A stretch of DNA of 64,000 nucleotides from a virus: positions 8,132 through 72,131 of the IMG/VR virus record IMGVR_UViG_3300033145_002388; one strand, written 5' to 3'. The notes below the pieces were generated by a model, which saw only the letters and a program-made list of their open reading frames with translations, was not told the origin of the DNA and made no database searches. Every line of letters starts with the position of its first letter. Within the stretch, counting starts at the first letter, position 1. Both the position numbers and the translations under genes were made by a program. Shown here in pieces: positions 46,922-56,448 of the stretch.

Positions 46922-49793
46922 TCCTCAGAAAGCTGAAATATTAAGAGATTCTCAACAGAATGCTGTTATTCAAATGGGAAGAAAATCTGTAATTAGATTA
47001 GCTACCTTGCCTGGATCAACTAAAGTAAGAGGCGGAACTATCGGAATGAATGAAGGTCAAACACGACCCGAAGATATTTCTTCTGGAATTTTTGAAAATG
47101 TTTTAGATTTAGGTCATGATTCCCTTGTTAAACTTAGTAATGAGGGAATTTTAATTGGGCCAAATGTTGGAATTAGTGGAGGAGGTTGGGCTATGGGACA
47201 CCAGGGTTTGTTTGGATATGCAGATGCTTCCTTACGTTTTAGATTATACTTAGAACAAACTGAGTCAATAGAGCCAGGTACCTGTATTATTGGAGATTTA
47301 GAAAATGATCAGTATGCTATGTGGGATCAAGCCAATGCTCAGTTTATAGTTAAAGGAACTTTTTATGCAACTGCGGGTGTAATTGGTGGATGGAGCATAT
47401 CTTCTGATGCACTTTATAAAGATGATGGAGTTAATTCTGCGGGAATGGTACCTAGTGACTATGCTTTCTATGCTGGAGATACTTTTGTTAATAGAGCTTC
47501 AGCTCCCTTTAGGGTTTATAAAGATGGAAGCGCAGTAATTTCTAATGCAAATGTAACTGGAACTATTGTTGCATCTAGTGGCCAAATAGGAGGTTGGATT
47601 ATTAGTGGAAGACAATTAGTTAGTTATAACAATGCAATTGAATTAGATCCCGCACAAGCTACTTTGAGTGGAACTGCTGATGCAACTGAAACAAAAAAAC
47701 TCCATGATGCAAATGGAGAATTTGATAAAGGCTTAGTAGGTTCAATTGTTCATAATACTACTGATGATACTTACGCACAAATTCTTGGTTATGTTGATAG
47801 TGGAGAATTGGATTTGTCTGCAGATATTTTTACTAGTGGAGAAAATTATACTATTGATGTTAGTGCTCATATTAAAATTTATTCTGAAGGTAGCGCTAAT
47901 TCTAATGATTTTGCTCAGATAACTGGAGCAGAAGATCTTAATGATGCAAATATTGGTGTTCCAAGATTAGATATTTATAGAGATATTATTGAGACAGGTG
48001 GAAATGTTAGAACTCAATATGGAAAAATTCTTTGGTTTAATACTAAATATCAGATTGATTCTTACTATCCTTGTCCCTTTGTTCAGATTTGGACAAAAGA
48101 TGGTAAAGAATATAATGAAGAGTTTGGAACTTCGTTACCAGAAAAAGATGGAATTTCAATATGGGCTTTATTTATGAAATCTGCTGGTGATGGTAGCAGT
48201 GTTGTAAAGTCTGCAATTCAATTTTATGGTTATACTGCTCAATCTGGTTCCACGGGAGAAATAGGTTTAACTGGTCAAGTAATTGCTCCTCAAACTACAA
48301 TGCGACTTGGAGATTATAATGCTAAGTTTTCTCAGTTATATTTAGATCAATTAGTAAGCGATCCAGTAGGAGATTATTTAGCTGAGGGAGTTATATTTGC
48401 TAGAGATAATCACCATTTATATTTCTATAATGGAACTTCTTTAATTCAATTAGATGATGCAGCTTCTGGAATTTATTTACCATTAGCAGGTGGAACAATG
48501 TCTGGTGAAATTGCAATGGGAAATAATTTAATAACTGGTTTAGCAACTCCTATTTTTAATACAGACGCTGCTACCAAAGGCTATATAGATTCTGCTTTAA
48601 CTAGTTTTTTAGCATTATCGGGAGGAACTATGACTGGTGAAATTGCTATGAGCAATCACAAAATAACAGGATTAGCAACTCCTGTTGCTTCTGATGATGC
48701 TGCTACTAAAGATTATATTGATAACGCAGCTTTTCTTGCTGAAGTAAAAGATGATTCTACGCCTCAATTAGGAGGAAATTTAGATTGTCAATCACTTTAT
48801 AAGATTTATAATATGACAACTCCTACTGATTCTGCAGATGGGACTACTAAAGGTTATGTTGATGATTTAGTTTCTGATTATCTTTCTCTTGCTGGAGGAA
48901 CTATGACAGGAGAAATAGCAATGGGTAATCATAAAATAACAGGATTAGCAACTCCAGTAGTGGACACAGATGCTTCTACTAAAGGTTATATAGATTCTGC
49001 CTTAACTTCATATTTAGGATTAAGTGGAGGAACAATGACAGGAAATATCAATATGGGTGGTAACTCAATTACTAATGCTAATACGGCAACATTCAGCCAA
49101 GCTATAACAGTTGGGACACCTACAAACGTGGGACATGCTGCGACAAAAGGATATGTAGATGATAATTTCTTATCAACAGCGGGCGGAACAATGGATGCAG
49201 GAATAGATATGGATTCTAACCCTATTATTGATGTAAGTTATGTTTTGTTTGATGCGATTGCTACTCCAGGAACACCAATAAATGGTATGTTATTTAATTG
49301 GTCTGGCGACGGACATTTATATTATAGATTTGATGATGATTGGGTTGGACCAATAGACGGAAGCTTTTTGCCATTATCGGGCGGAGTTATGAACGGAAAT
49401 ATCAATATGGATCGTAATAACATTTCTAATATTACTGATTGTGAAATAGAAGGATTGGCATATATAGGAACATTACAAGTTGGCGCGTCTGGTACTGGCA
49501 ATCTAATCAATGCTAATCTTAGTATGACAAATCATAATATAACTAATTTAGCAGTTCCAGTAGATGCTACTTGTGCTGCAACAAAAGGATATGTGGACGA
49601 CAATTTCTTATCGTTAGCAGGCGGTAGTATGGATGGCAATAGAATTACAGATGTATTACCGGTATTAGAAAGTCTTGCTTCTGATCCAGGAACACCAGCA
49701 AATGGTTTAATGTATTATAACACAACAAATGACGAGGTAAGGGTTTATCTTGGAGGTAATTGGTGGAGATTTGATTTAACACTTATAATATGA
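46866..49793 (+). CDS. Tail fibre protein
   Basis: Gly-rich G.IGGW.I segments; six ATK.Y.D / L.GG.M.G repeats. Confidence 0.8.
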   Translation: MLTKFPKNYTQDPCLEPYDPQKAEILRDSQQNAVIQMGRKSVIRLATLPGSTKVRGGTIGMNEGQTRPEDISSGIFENVLDLGHDSLVKLSNEGILIGPNVGISGGGWAMGHQGLFGYADASLRFRLYLEQTESIEPGTCIIGDLENDQYAMWDQANAQFIVKGTFYATAGVIGGWSISSDALYKDDGVNSAGMVPSDYAFYAGDTFVNRASAPFRVYKDGSAVISNANVTGTIVASSGQIGGWIISGRQLVSYNNAIELDPAQATLSGTADATETKKLHDANGEFDKGLVGSIVHNTTDDTYAQILGYVDSGELDLSADIFTSGENYTIDVSAHIKIYSEGSANSNDFAQITGAEDLNDANIGVPRLDIYRDIIETGGNVRTQYGKILWFNTKYQIDSYYPCPFVQIWTKDGKEYNEEFGTSLPEKDGISIWALFMKSAGDGSSVVKSAIQFYGYTAQSGSTGEIGLTGQVIAPQTTMRLGDYNAKFSQLYLDQLVSDPVGDYLAEGVIFARDNHHLYFYNGTSLIQLDDAASGIYLPLAGGTMSGEIAMGNNLITGLATPIFNTDAATKGYIDSALTSFLALSGGTMTGEIAMSNHKITGLATPVASDDAATKDYIDNAAFLAEVKDDSTPQLGGNLDCQSLYKIYNMTTPTDSADGTTKGYVDDLVSDYLSLAGGTMTGEIAMGNHKITGLATPVVDTDASTKGYIDSALTSYLGLSGGTMTGNINMGGNSITNANTATFSQAITVGTPTNVGHAATKGYVDDNFLSTAGGTMDAGIDMDSNPIIDVSYVLFDAIATPGTPINGMLFNWSGDGHLYYRFDDDWVGPIDGSFLPLSGGVMNGNINMDRNNISNITDCEIEGLAYIGTLQVGASGTGNLINANLSMTNHNITNLAVPVDATCAATKGYVDDNFLSLAGGSMDGNRITDVLPVLESLASDPGTPANGLMYYNTTNDEVRVYLGGNWWRFDLTLII
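48471..49640 (+). repeat. Tail-fibre shaft repeats (L.LAGGTMTG.I.M.N.KIT.LATP....AATKGY.D)
   Basis: Six TK(G/D)Y(I/V)D motifs read directly from the translation. Confidence 0.85.
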
Positions 49794-50149
49794 TAAAAAA
49801 GATTTTAGAAAAAATGATAATTATTTCGGGGATTGTAATCTTGGTTTGTTTAATATTTTTAATTAGAACAAAAAAAATAGAACAGCCACAAACTTTTTAT
49901 CAATTAAAAAGTTATCAATTAGCAAAATATAGCATAGGAACTTGGGGGGGGATATGCTATGAATATGCTAACAGAATGAAACGATTATTCCCTGAAGTTC
50001 AAAAAGAACATATAATAATTAAATATAGAGGTTTTGACACTTTAGCACATTACAGAATAATACTTTTTGAAAATGATAATTTAATAATCTATACTGATAG
50101 TAATTATATGGGATATCAAATAATTAGAACTTGGTTTGAATGGAAATAA
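49790..50149 (+). CDS. Membrane-anchored protein, possibly with a transglutaminase-like Cys-His-Asp triad
   Basis: N-terminal TM segment; GGICYEYA, AHYRII and YTDSN. Confidence 0.45.
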   Translation: MIKKILEKMIIISGIVILVCLIFLIRTKKIEQPQTFYQLKSYQLAKYSIGTWGGICYEYANRMKRLFPEVQKEHIIIKYRGFDTLAHYRIILFENDNLIIYTDSNYMGYQIIRTWFEWK

Positions 50150-50152
50150 CTA

Positions 50153-50180
50153 TTGACAAATTATTTAATTTATTTAATAT
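50153..50180 (+). promoter_or_regulatory. Candidate sigma-70 promoter
   Basis: TTGACA at 50153 and TAATAT at 50175. Confidence 0.5.
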
Positions 50181-50186
50181 GTAGAC

Positions 50187-50423
50187 ATGATAAAAGCAAT
50201 TTTTAAAGGTTCAAGAAATATAAAATCTTATCAGACAAAAGAATTTGATGCCAGTCATGGCAATACTGTTTTTATGTCTGAAGAAATTTGGATGGAGATT
50301 AAGAACAGGGGTGATGCTAAGCTTTTTAAAAAGGTCGTGAGTGATGCAAAAAAATTTCCCCCTTATAGAAATGTATCTCCAGGAGTGCCTTTTGATAGGG
50401 CAAAAATTAAACAATCTAATTAA
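50187..50423 (+). CDS. Hypothetical protein
   Basis: ORF only. Confidence 0.55.
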   Translation: MIKAIFKGSRNIKSYQTKEFDASHGNTVFMSEEIWMEIKNRGDAKLFKKVVSDAKKFPPYRNVSPGVPFDRAKIKQSN

Positions 50424-50428
50424 AATTT

Positions 50429-50935
50429 ATGGCCGCTACAATAAAACTAATGTGTTGTAATGGTGTTGATGCAGGATCAGAAACAGACATTACTGGAGCA
50501 GGAATTGATTATATTACCGCAGATAATGCAATCAACTCTTCAGCAAATAGAGAAGCTTATCCAATTACAATTCCAGCAGTAGGCACAGCTTACTCCTATG
50601 AAAAATGGTTAAGATGGAAATGTACTGTTGTTCCAGATACTCAATGTACGAATTTTAAATTCTGGGGTCCGAATTCTGCTCCCGGAACGGGAATTGTAAT
50701 TTATGTTGGAACTACTGATACGGGGCTTACTCCAGTTGTAACAGATTCTTCCATTGCCGACACTCAACAAGATACAAATTATTATGATACAGATCATCAA
50801 TTAAGTATTTCTGGCACACTTACTTCAGAAAATGATGAAACAGATTATTTGGTAATGCAAATGGATGTCAGTCCTACAGCTAATCAAGGAAATATGGCTC
50901 AACAAACCTATAATTATAGTTATGATGAAAATTGA
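50429..50935 (+). CDS. Virion structural protein (beta-sandwich)
   Basis: Thr/Asp/Gly-rich; YSYEKWLR, NFKFW, YLVMQM and terminal YSYDE. Confidence 0.65.
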   Translation: MAATIKLMCCNGVDAGSETDITGAGIDYITADNAINSSANREAYPITIPAVGTAYSYEKWLRWKCTVVPDTQCTNFKFWGPNSAPGTGIVIYVGTTDTGLTPVVTDSSIADTQQDTNYYDTDHQLSISGTLTSENDETDYLVMQMDVSPTANQGNMAQQTYNYSYDEN

Positions 50936-50948
50936 TATAACTTCCTAT

Positions 50949-50979
50949 TTGACAAGAATTAAATTAGATTACTATAACT
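50949..50979 (+). promoter_or_regulatory. Candidate sigma-70 promoter
   Basis: TTGACA at 50949 and TATAAC at 50973. Confidence 0.4.
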
Positions 50980-50998
50980 TAATGTGCTAAGTTAAAAT

Positions 50999-51436
50999 AT
51001 GAAATTAACAAATTATTATAAATATAAACTAATATTAGATTCTTCAAAAATTATTGAACAAAAGGAACCAGGTGAAAGTACAGGCTTTAAATTTAATTCT
51101 TCTAATCCAGATTTTTTTAAGATAAGATACTTTCAATTAATTCCTATAAAAGAAGGAGTAAATTTACCACATTTATTAATAAAAATTCCCCTTAAAGCAA
51201 GATTGATTTGGTTTACTAGGACTGTTGTACACCAAGGTAAAACAGCTTTTAAAATGCATGTTTATATGATAGGATGGCAAACAACTATAAAACGGCTTGG
51301 TTTAAAAAAAGATGTAAATATTAAACAGATTTCTTACTTTTATCCTGATGGAACAATAGAAAACTCTACGGGGGAACCTACCTTGCTAGATATGAAAATT
51401 AATGCTATAGAAACCGGGATTTTAAATAAAGCTTAA
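50999..51436 (+). CDS. Hypothetical protein
   Basis: RLIWFTR...YMIGWQ...YPDG. Confidence 0.6.
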   Translation: MKLTNYYKYKLILDSSKIIEQKEPGESTGFKFNSSNPDFFKIRYFQLIPIKEGVNLPHLLIKIPLKARLIWFTRTVVHQGKTAFKMHVYMIGWQTTIKRLGLKKDVNIKQISYFYPDGTIENSTGEPTLLDMKINAIETGILNKA

Positions 51437-51445
51437 TTTTTTAAT

Positions 51446-51664
51446 ATGTCGAGTACATTTTTGGAAAAAAAGAATGGAGCAAAATCTCTTATAGAAAATG
51501 ATCCTCTTGCTAGTGATGCAATCCAAGCTACAATAACTACTGGAGAAAATATTAAATTTCCCCAAACGGGATTATTTAGAGTAACCATTTGGGATTTAAA
51601 TACTTATTCTGATCCTAATGATGATCCCAATATGGAAGAGCTAGAGAGGGAACCCCAGAAGTAG
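51446..51664 (+). pseudogene. N-terminal fragment of the downstream tail fibre (frameshift near 51636)
   Basis: FPQTGLFRVTIWD...DPNME in this frame; RAREGTPEVEHAKGS continues in the -1 frame, which is open into 51712..54258. Confidence 0.7.
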
Positions 51665-51711
51665 AACATGCTAAAGGTTCTGCTTTTCGTATTTTAGTTT
51701 CAACTGGTCAA

Positions 51712-54258
51712 ATGGAAGAATATGAAACCGCAATTAATAATTTAGAAGATGTAAAAGATTATGCCGATAGTCCAATGGTAATTTCTGGTGGAGAGATTTC
51801 AAAAGGTTCAGACCAAGAGACATATCCGGGTTCATTTAAAGTTGCCGCATTAACCGCTTTATTAAGAAAAACAAATAGTTCAACGGGAGAATTAGTCAAG
51901 GTTTCTTTAGATGAACAAGATAATCAAACAATAACTGCCGCTGATACAACTTATATTGTATGTCTAAATTATAATGATGGCTCGCCAACAATTTCTTTAT
52001 CAGAAACAAATCCTTATGATTCTGATAAAAGAAATATACCTATTGGAGAAGTAGCGAAAGACAGCTCAGATAATGTTCACTTTATTTCTGGTGGTTTTAA
52101 TTTTCAAGATGGAGTTGAAAAGCTTCATATGAGAGCAAGAACATTAAGAGAATTAGAGCTTAATGATGGCTCGGCTATTGCTTATTCTGGCACAAATAAT
52201 TTTACAATGGAAGAAGGTATTGCTTATGGTGGAATAAATAAATTTCCCCTGAGTTCTTATGATAGCTCTATAACTCAATTTACAGGACTTAGAGGAGATG
52301 GTGCTGGTGGCTGGACAGAAACACTTTCAAATGTTATTGATTTTGCTCATTATGATGATGGAGCAGGTGGATTAGGAAATATAGGAAATAATAAATACGG
52401 TTGTCATTGGGTTTATAAACATATAGACGACGATGATGTCTATGTTAGATTGGGCGTAGGAAGTTATACATTAGCGGAAGCTATGCTTGCCCAAGAACCA
52501 ACAAAACCAGCTCATTTAACAGATTTTGGGGTTTTAATAGGGAAAATTATTGCACCTCAAAGCGGTAGTTCATTTACCGCGGTTCAAATGGTGACAGAAA
52601 GATTTTTTACAGGAACGGCTGTTTCTGACCACGGTAACCTTACTGGTTTAAGTGATGATGACCATACCCAATACGCTTTATTGGCTGGAAGGGCGGGTGG
52701 ACAAACATTAATAGGTGGGACAGCAAGCGGTGAAGACTTAACTTTACAATCAAGTTCAGACGCGACAAAAGGAAATATATATTTAGGTGCTGCTCAAACT
52801 TCTTATTTTGACGAAGACAATGAGAATTTAAAAATAAATGGTGCTATAACAATTGGTAGTGCAGATACCGAAGCGCCTTTGAATTTTATTTTACCAGGAG
52901 CAGGAGACCAAACCGTAATTAAATTTCAAAATACAGAAACTACTGCAGACGCTGCTATTTCTTTTGATGGTAGTAGTGTTGGTTCAGATTTACTTTTTGG
53001 TTCAAATCTATATTTCTTGGGCTCTTCAATTACTCGATATAATACATCTAAAGCATCAAGTGCTATTTGGCTTAAAGAAACAGGAGAATTTTCAATTTAT
53101 ACGGGTGATACTGAAGCAATTGCTACTCAACGTTTAGCAATTAGTAGTGCGGGTGCTTTTGACTTCAAATCTAATAATGTGTCTGGTATGGGAACTCTTG
53201 GTTGTGGTGCTATAACAAGTAGTGGAAATTTTCAAACAAATGGTGGTTATATTTATATCAATAGAAATGGGGATGCAGTAAATGCCCAATTTTATATAGC
53301 ATCTGATAATGATAAGATTTGTGAAATAAATTTTGGTGACCCACAAGATGGAGATATTGGTAGAATATGGTACGACCATTCTGACAATAGTATGAAATTA
53401 TATACTAGTGCAACATTAGCCCTAACCATAGATAGTTCCCAAAATGCTACTTTTGCTGGAGATATTGAATGTGGTGCTATAACAGCAACTTCTTATGATG
53501 GTGTTTTAGCTGCTAATTTACTTGATAAGACTGTTAATGAAGTTATTACTGGGATTTGGAGTTTTAAGGGAGATGATTGGAACCCAATAACAATACAAAG
53601 GAGTAAAGATAGCATTGGTGCTGCATATTTTGTAGGATATAAATCAAGGGGTTCCGTCGGTAGTGAAACTGCTATTGTAAGTGGAGATGTTCTTGGTGGT
53701 TTTCAATTTAGGGGATACGATGGCACAGGTTTTGATGAGAGTGCAAGGATTGATGTAGTATCAGAGGGAACAATAGCAACTGGTCAAATTCCAACAAAAT
53801 GGGTTTTTAAAACTTCTAATAGTTCAGGAACATTAACTGATGAATCAAGTGCAAGAGCATATTTAAGCACTGACCAAACTATTCCAACTGGAACATATAC
53901 AACACTTGCATTGGATACCGAAGAATGGGACACTCAATCAGAATTTGATACCAGTACTCATACATTTACGGCAAAAAAAGCGGGTTATTATTTGGTTATA
54001 GTAAGGATAAAGTGGTCTACCAACACAACAACGAGTTGGAGAAGGTTAAGAGTTATAACACCCGATAACACAAATGAGTATATTTATACTGAAGCTGGTA
54101 CTCAACCCACGGGACATTGGAGTCAAGGAGTTAGTGGTATTGTTTATTTAGGTGCAAATCATAGAGTATATGCTCAAGTATACCAAGCTTCTGGCGAAGA
54201 TTTATCTATTTTTGGAGATAAAACTATGAGTTTTATGGCAATTCATAAATTAAACTAA
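51712..54258 (+). CDS. Tail fibre / receptor-binding protein with C-terminal C1q-like domain
   Basis: DHGNLTGLSDDDHTQY, GGTASGEDLTLQS; C-terminal ARAYLSTDQTI...DTEEWDT...FDTSTHTFTAKKAGYYLV. Confidence 0.8.
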   Translation: MEEYETAINNLEDVKDYADSPMVISGGEISKGSDQETYPGSFKVAALTALLRKTNSSTGELVKVSLDEQDNQTITAADTTYIVCLNYNDGSPTISLSETNPYDSDKRNIPIGEVAKDSSDNVHFISGGFNFQDGVEKLHMRARTLRELELNDGSAIAYSGTNNFTMEEGIAYGGINKFPLSSYDSSITQFTGLRGDGAGGWTETLSNVIDFAHYDDGAGGLGNIGNNKYGCHWVYKHIDDDDVYVRLGVGSYTLAEAMLAQEPTKPAHLTDFGVLIGKIIAPQSGSSFTAVQMVTERFFTGTAVSDHGNLTGLSDDDHTQYALLAGRAGGQTLIGGTASGEDLTLQSSSDATKGNIYLGAAQTSYFDEDNENLKINGAITIGSADTEAPLNFILPGAGDQTVIKFQNTETTADAAISFDGSSVGSDLLFGSNLYFLGSSITRYNTSKASSAIWLKETGEFSIYTGDTEAIATQRLAISSAGAFDFKSNNVSGMGTLGCGAITSSGNFQTNGGYIYINRNGDAVNAQFYIASDNDKICEINFGDPQDGDIGRIWYDHSDNSMKLYTSATLALTIDSSQNATFAGDIECGAITATSYDGVLAANLLDKTVNEVITGIWSFKGDDWNPITIQRSKDSIGAAYFVGYKSRGSVGSETAIVSGDVLGGFQFRGYDGTGFDESARIDVVSEGTIATGQIPTKWVFKTSNSSGTLTDESSARAYLSTDQTIPTGTYTTLALDTEEWDTQSEFDTSTHTFTAKKAGYYLVIVRIKWSTNTTTSWRRLRVITPDNTNEYIYTEAGTQPTGHWSQGVSGIVYLGANHRVYAQVYQASGEDLSIFGDKTMSFMAIHKLN

Positions 54259-54349
54259 TGAACATCCAAACTCTAACAATTATTCTCGCAGGGCTGGCTA
54301 ATAAAATGTTAAATAAATAAAAAAGAGATAATTAACTAATTAAAATTTT

Positions 54350-54757
54350 ATGACTAATGAAAAAAACATTAAAAAAGAAAAAGATGAAGAACCTAAATCT
54401 TATGTTCTTACTTTAACCGAAATAGCTTCTCGAGATCGAAAAGGAAAGGAACTAAAAGATTTAAAAGGAAATTTAATTTACAGACAATCTGATGCTTTTG
54501 CATTTAATCAAATTCTTGGCGCAATCGATACCGCTAACTATGATATTGATTCATTAAGGATTTTAGGAAAGCTTCAAGATAGATTTGAAGATGCATGGAA
54601 AAATGAAAAAACTAAAGTCGAGTTAAATCTAGATATGGTTTCATTTTTAAAAGAATTCTATAAAGATTATAGAAAAAAACTCAGAAGGGATGCAATTATA
54701 AATACATTTTTATCACGAACTTTAGTGGATATTGCAGATCAAATAGCAAAATTTTAA
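54350..54757 (+). CDS. Hypothetical helical protein, possible fibre chaperone
   Basis: Located directly after the fibre gene. Confidence 0.5.
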   Translation: MTNEKNIKKEKDEEPKSYVLTLTEIASRDRKGKELKDLKGNLIYRQSDAFAFNQILGAIDTANYDIDSLRILGKLQDRFEDAWKNEKTKVELNLDMVSFLKEFYKDYRKKLRRDAIINTFLSRTLVDIADQIAKF

Positions 54758-54798
54758 TTTATTTTTAGCGATTCAACGCATTTTAATTTAACAATACC

Positions 54799-55818
54799 AT
54801 GTTCAATGTTGGTTTATACAATATTTCTGTTTATAATGCGGCAGGTTGGATTATCAAATCAAATACTTTTACTGGAAATGCTAATCTAAGAAAAAATCTC
54901 GCAAGCTCTTTTACAGGAGATGCAAATTTAAAAAAAGAATTTTCTTCTTCTTATACTGGGGATACAGATTTAAAGAAAACTGTTATAGATTCTTTTAAAG
55001 GTGATAGTAACTTAAAAAAGGTAGGAATTTCTTCTAGTTTTACAGGAGATACTAACCTAAAGAAAAGCCTTGTTTCTCAATATACTGGTGATAGTAATCT
55101 AAAAAAAGTAATTAGTAGTTCATTTAAAGCTGATTCTTGTTTAGTAATAACTGTTCTTAATAGCTTTACTGGAGATAGTGATTTAAAGAAGATAGTTATT
55201 TCTAGTTTTACCGGTGATAGTAATTTAAAAGAAACTCAAATTAATATCTTTACAGGTAATGTTAACTTAAGAAAAAATTTAATAGGATCATTTAAAGGAG
55301 ATTCTAATTTAAAGAAAATAATTAGTAATACTTTTAAAGCTGATTCTTGTTTAGTAAAAACTATCTTAGATTCTTTTACGGGAGATTCCAATTTAAAAAG
55401 TACATTATCTAATCAGTTTTCTGGAGATGCTAATCTGAAAAAAAACATTTCTAGTTCTTATACTGGAGATAGTAATTTTAAGAAGAAATTTAGTTTTACT
55501 TACACTGGTAATAGTAATCTTAAAAAAACAATCTTAAGTTCTTTTAAAGGAGATTCAAATCTTAAAAAAAATATTGCTAATGACTTTAAAGGTGATAGCA
55601 ATTTAAAGAAAACTATTTCTGATTCTTTTAAAGGCGATTGTAATCTTAAGAAAAATATTCTATCTTCATTTACAGGAAATGCTTATTTACTTGCTCCGGG
55701 CTTCTTTTGGAAAGAATTCTATATTAAGATAGACTTAAAAGAATTAAAAACAAAACTAGACTTAAAAGAATTAAAAACACAAATAGATTTAAAAGAATTT
55801 AATACTCAAATCCAATAA
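54799..55818 (+). CDS. Tandem-repeat virion protein
   Basis: Twenty ~14-aa repeats xx[FY][TK]G[DN]x[ND]LKKxxx; C-terminal three 9-aa DLKE repeats. Confidence 0.75.
   Translation: MFNVGLYNISVYNAAGWIIKSNTFTGNANLRKNLASSFTGDANLKKEFSSSYTGDTDLKKTVIDSFKGDSNLKKVGISSSFTGDTNLKKSLVSQYTGDSNLKKVISSSFKADSCLVITVLNSFTGDSDLKKIVISSFTGDSNLKETQINIFTGNVNLRKNLIGSFKGDSNLKKIISNTFKADSCLVKTILDSFTGDSNLKSTLSNQFSGDANLKKNISSSYTGDSNFKKKFSFTYTGNSNLKKTILSSFKGDSNLKKNIANDFKGDSNLKKTISDSFKGDCNLKKNILSSFTGNAYLLAPGFFWKEFYIKIDLKELKTKLDLKELKTQIDLKEFNTQIQ
54862..55689 (+). repeat. ~42-nt coding tandem repeat x20
   Basis: Degenerate at the DNA level, conserved at the protein level. Confidence 0.85.
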
Positions 55819-55819
55819 T

Positions 55820-56087
55820 ATGGCACAAATAAAAATAAAACAATTTGAAAAGGGAAATTCTATTTATTTTCAATGTACTTTTTACACTATCAGGGGAGCA
55901 AAAATTGATCCTACATGGAACCGAAATTAAAACAGGAACTCCAACTAAATCTATGACCGGAGTTTATTATTTTTATTATGCTCCCTCTTCAGAAGGGAAA
56001 TTTGTAATTAAATTTAGTGGGATTATAAATTCTCAAACTGTGATAGGCAGAAATGTATTTGAAATAAAAGAAACTAATACTAATTAA
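55820..56087 (+). pseudogene. Ig-like/BppU-like small structural gene interrupted by a frameshift near 55915
   Basis: ATG 55820 gives MAQIKIKQFEKGNSIYFQCTFYTIRGAKIDPT, stopping at 55930; the +1 frame continues GTEIKTGTPTKSMTGVYYFYY to 56087. Confidence 0.65.
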
Positions 56088-56100
56088 TTTAAATTTATAT

Positions 56101-56448
56101 ATGAATATTGAAGATATTATTAAAGTTTATGGTCACTTTATTTTATTCAAAGCCTATGATAATCGATTAGCGGGTGGAATTCTTATTCCAGAATCAGATA
56201 GAAATCGAACTTTAAGAGTAGGTAATTATGCGATTGGAGAGGTTTTAAAGGTAGGAGAAAAAGTTCAGGATATTAAAAGAGGAGATTACTTTGTCTTTAA
56301 TGAATACTCAGTTGGAAATGCAGATGATCCTAGAGGAATTCAGAATGAACAAATGTACACAATAAAAGATAATGAAATTAAATGTAAACTAAATGGTAAA
56401 CCAAAAAAAGTTTGGAGGAAAAAAAATAAAATTATTATAGAATCATGA
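56101..56448 (+). CDS. groES: GroES-like co-chaperonin
   Basis: AGGILIPES mobile loop; GEVLKVGEKVQDIKRGDYFVFNEYS. Confidence 0.8.
   Translation: MNIEDIIKVYGHFILFKAYDNRLAGGILIPESDRNRTLRVGNYAIGEVLKVGEKVQDIKRGDYFVFNEYSVGNADDPRGIQNEQMYTIKDNEIKCKLNGKPKKVWRKKNKIIIES

Noticed and set aside
51620-51664. Programmed -1 frameshift of the tail-assembly-chaperone type
   Set aside because: No XXXYYYZ slippery site, and residues appear to be missing at the junction, which fits a deletion better.
46866-54258. Diversity-generating retroelement acting on the fibre tips
   Set aside because: No reverse transcriptase and no template/variable repeat pair differing at adenines were seen in the window.
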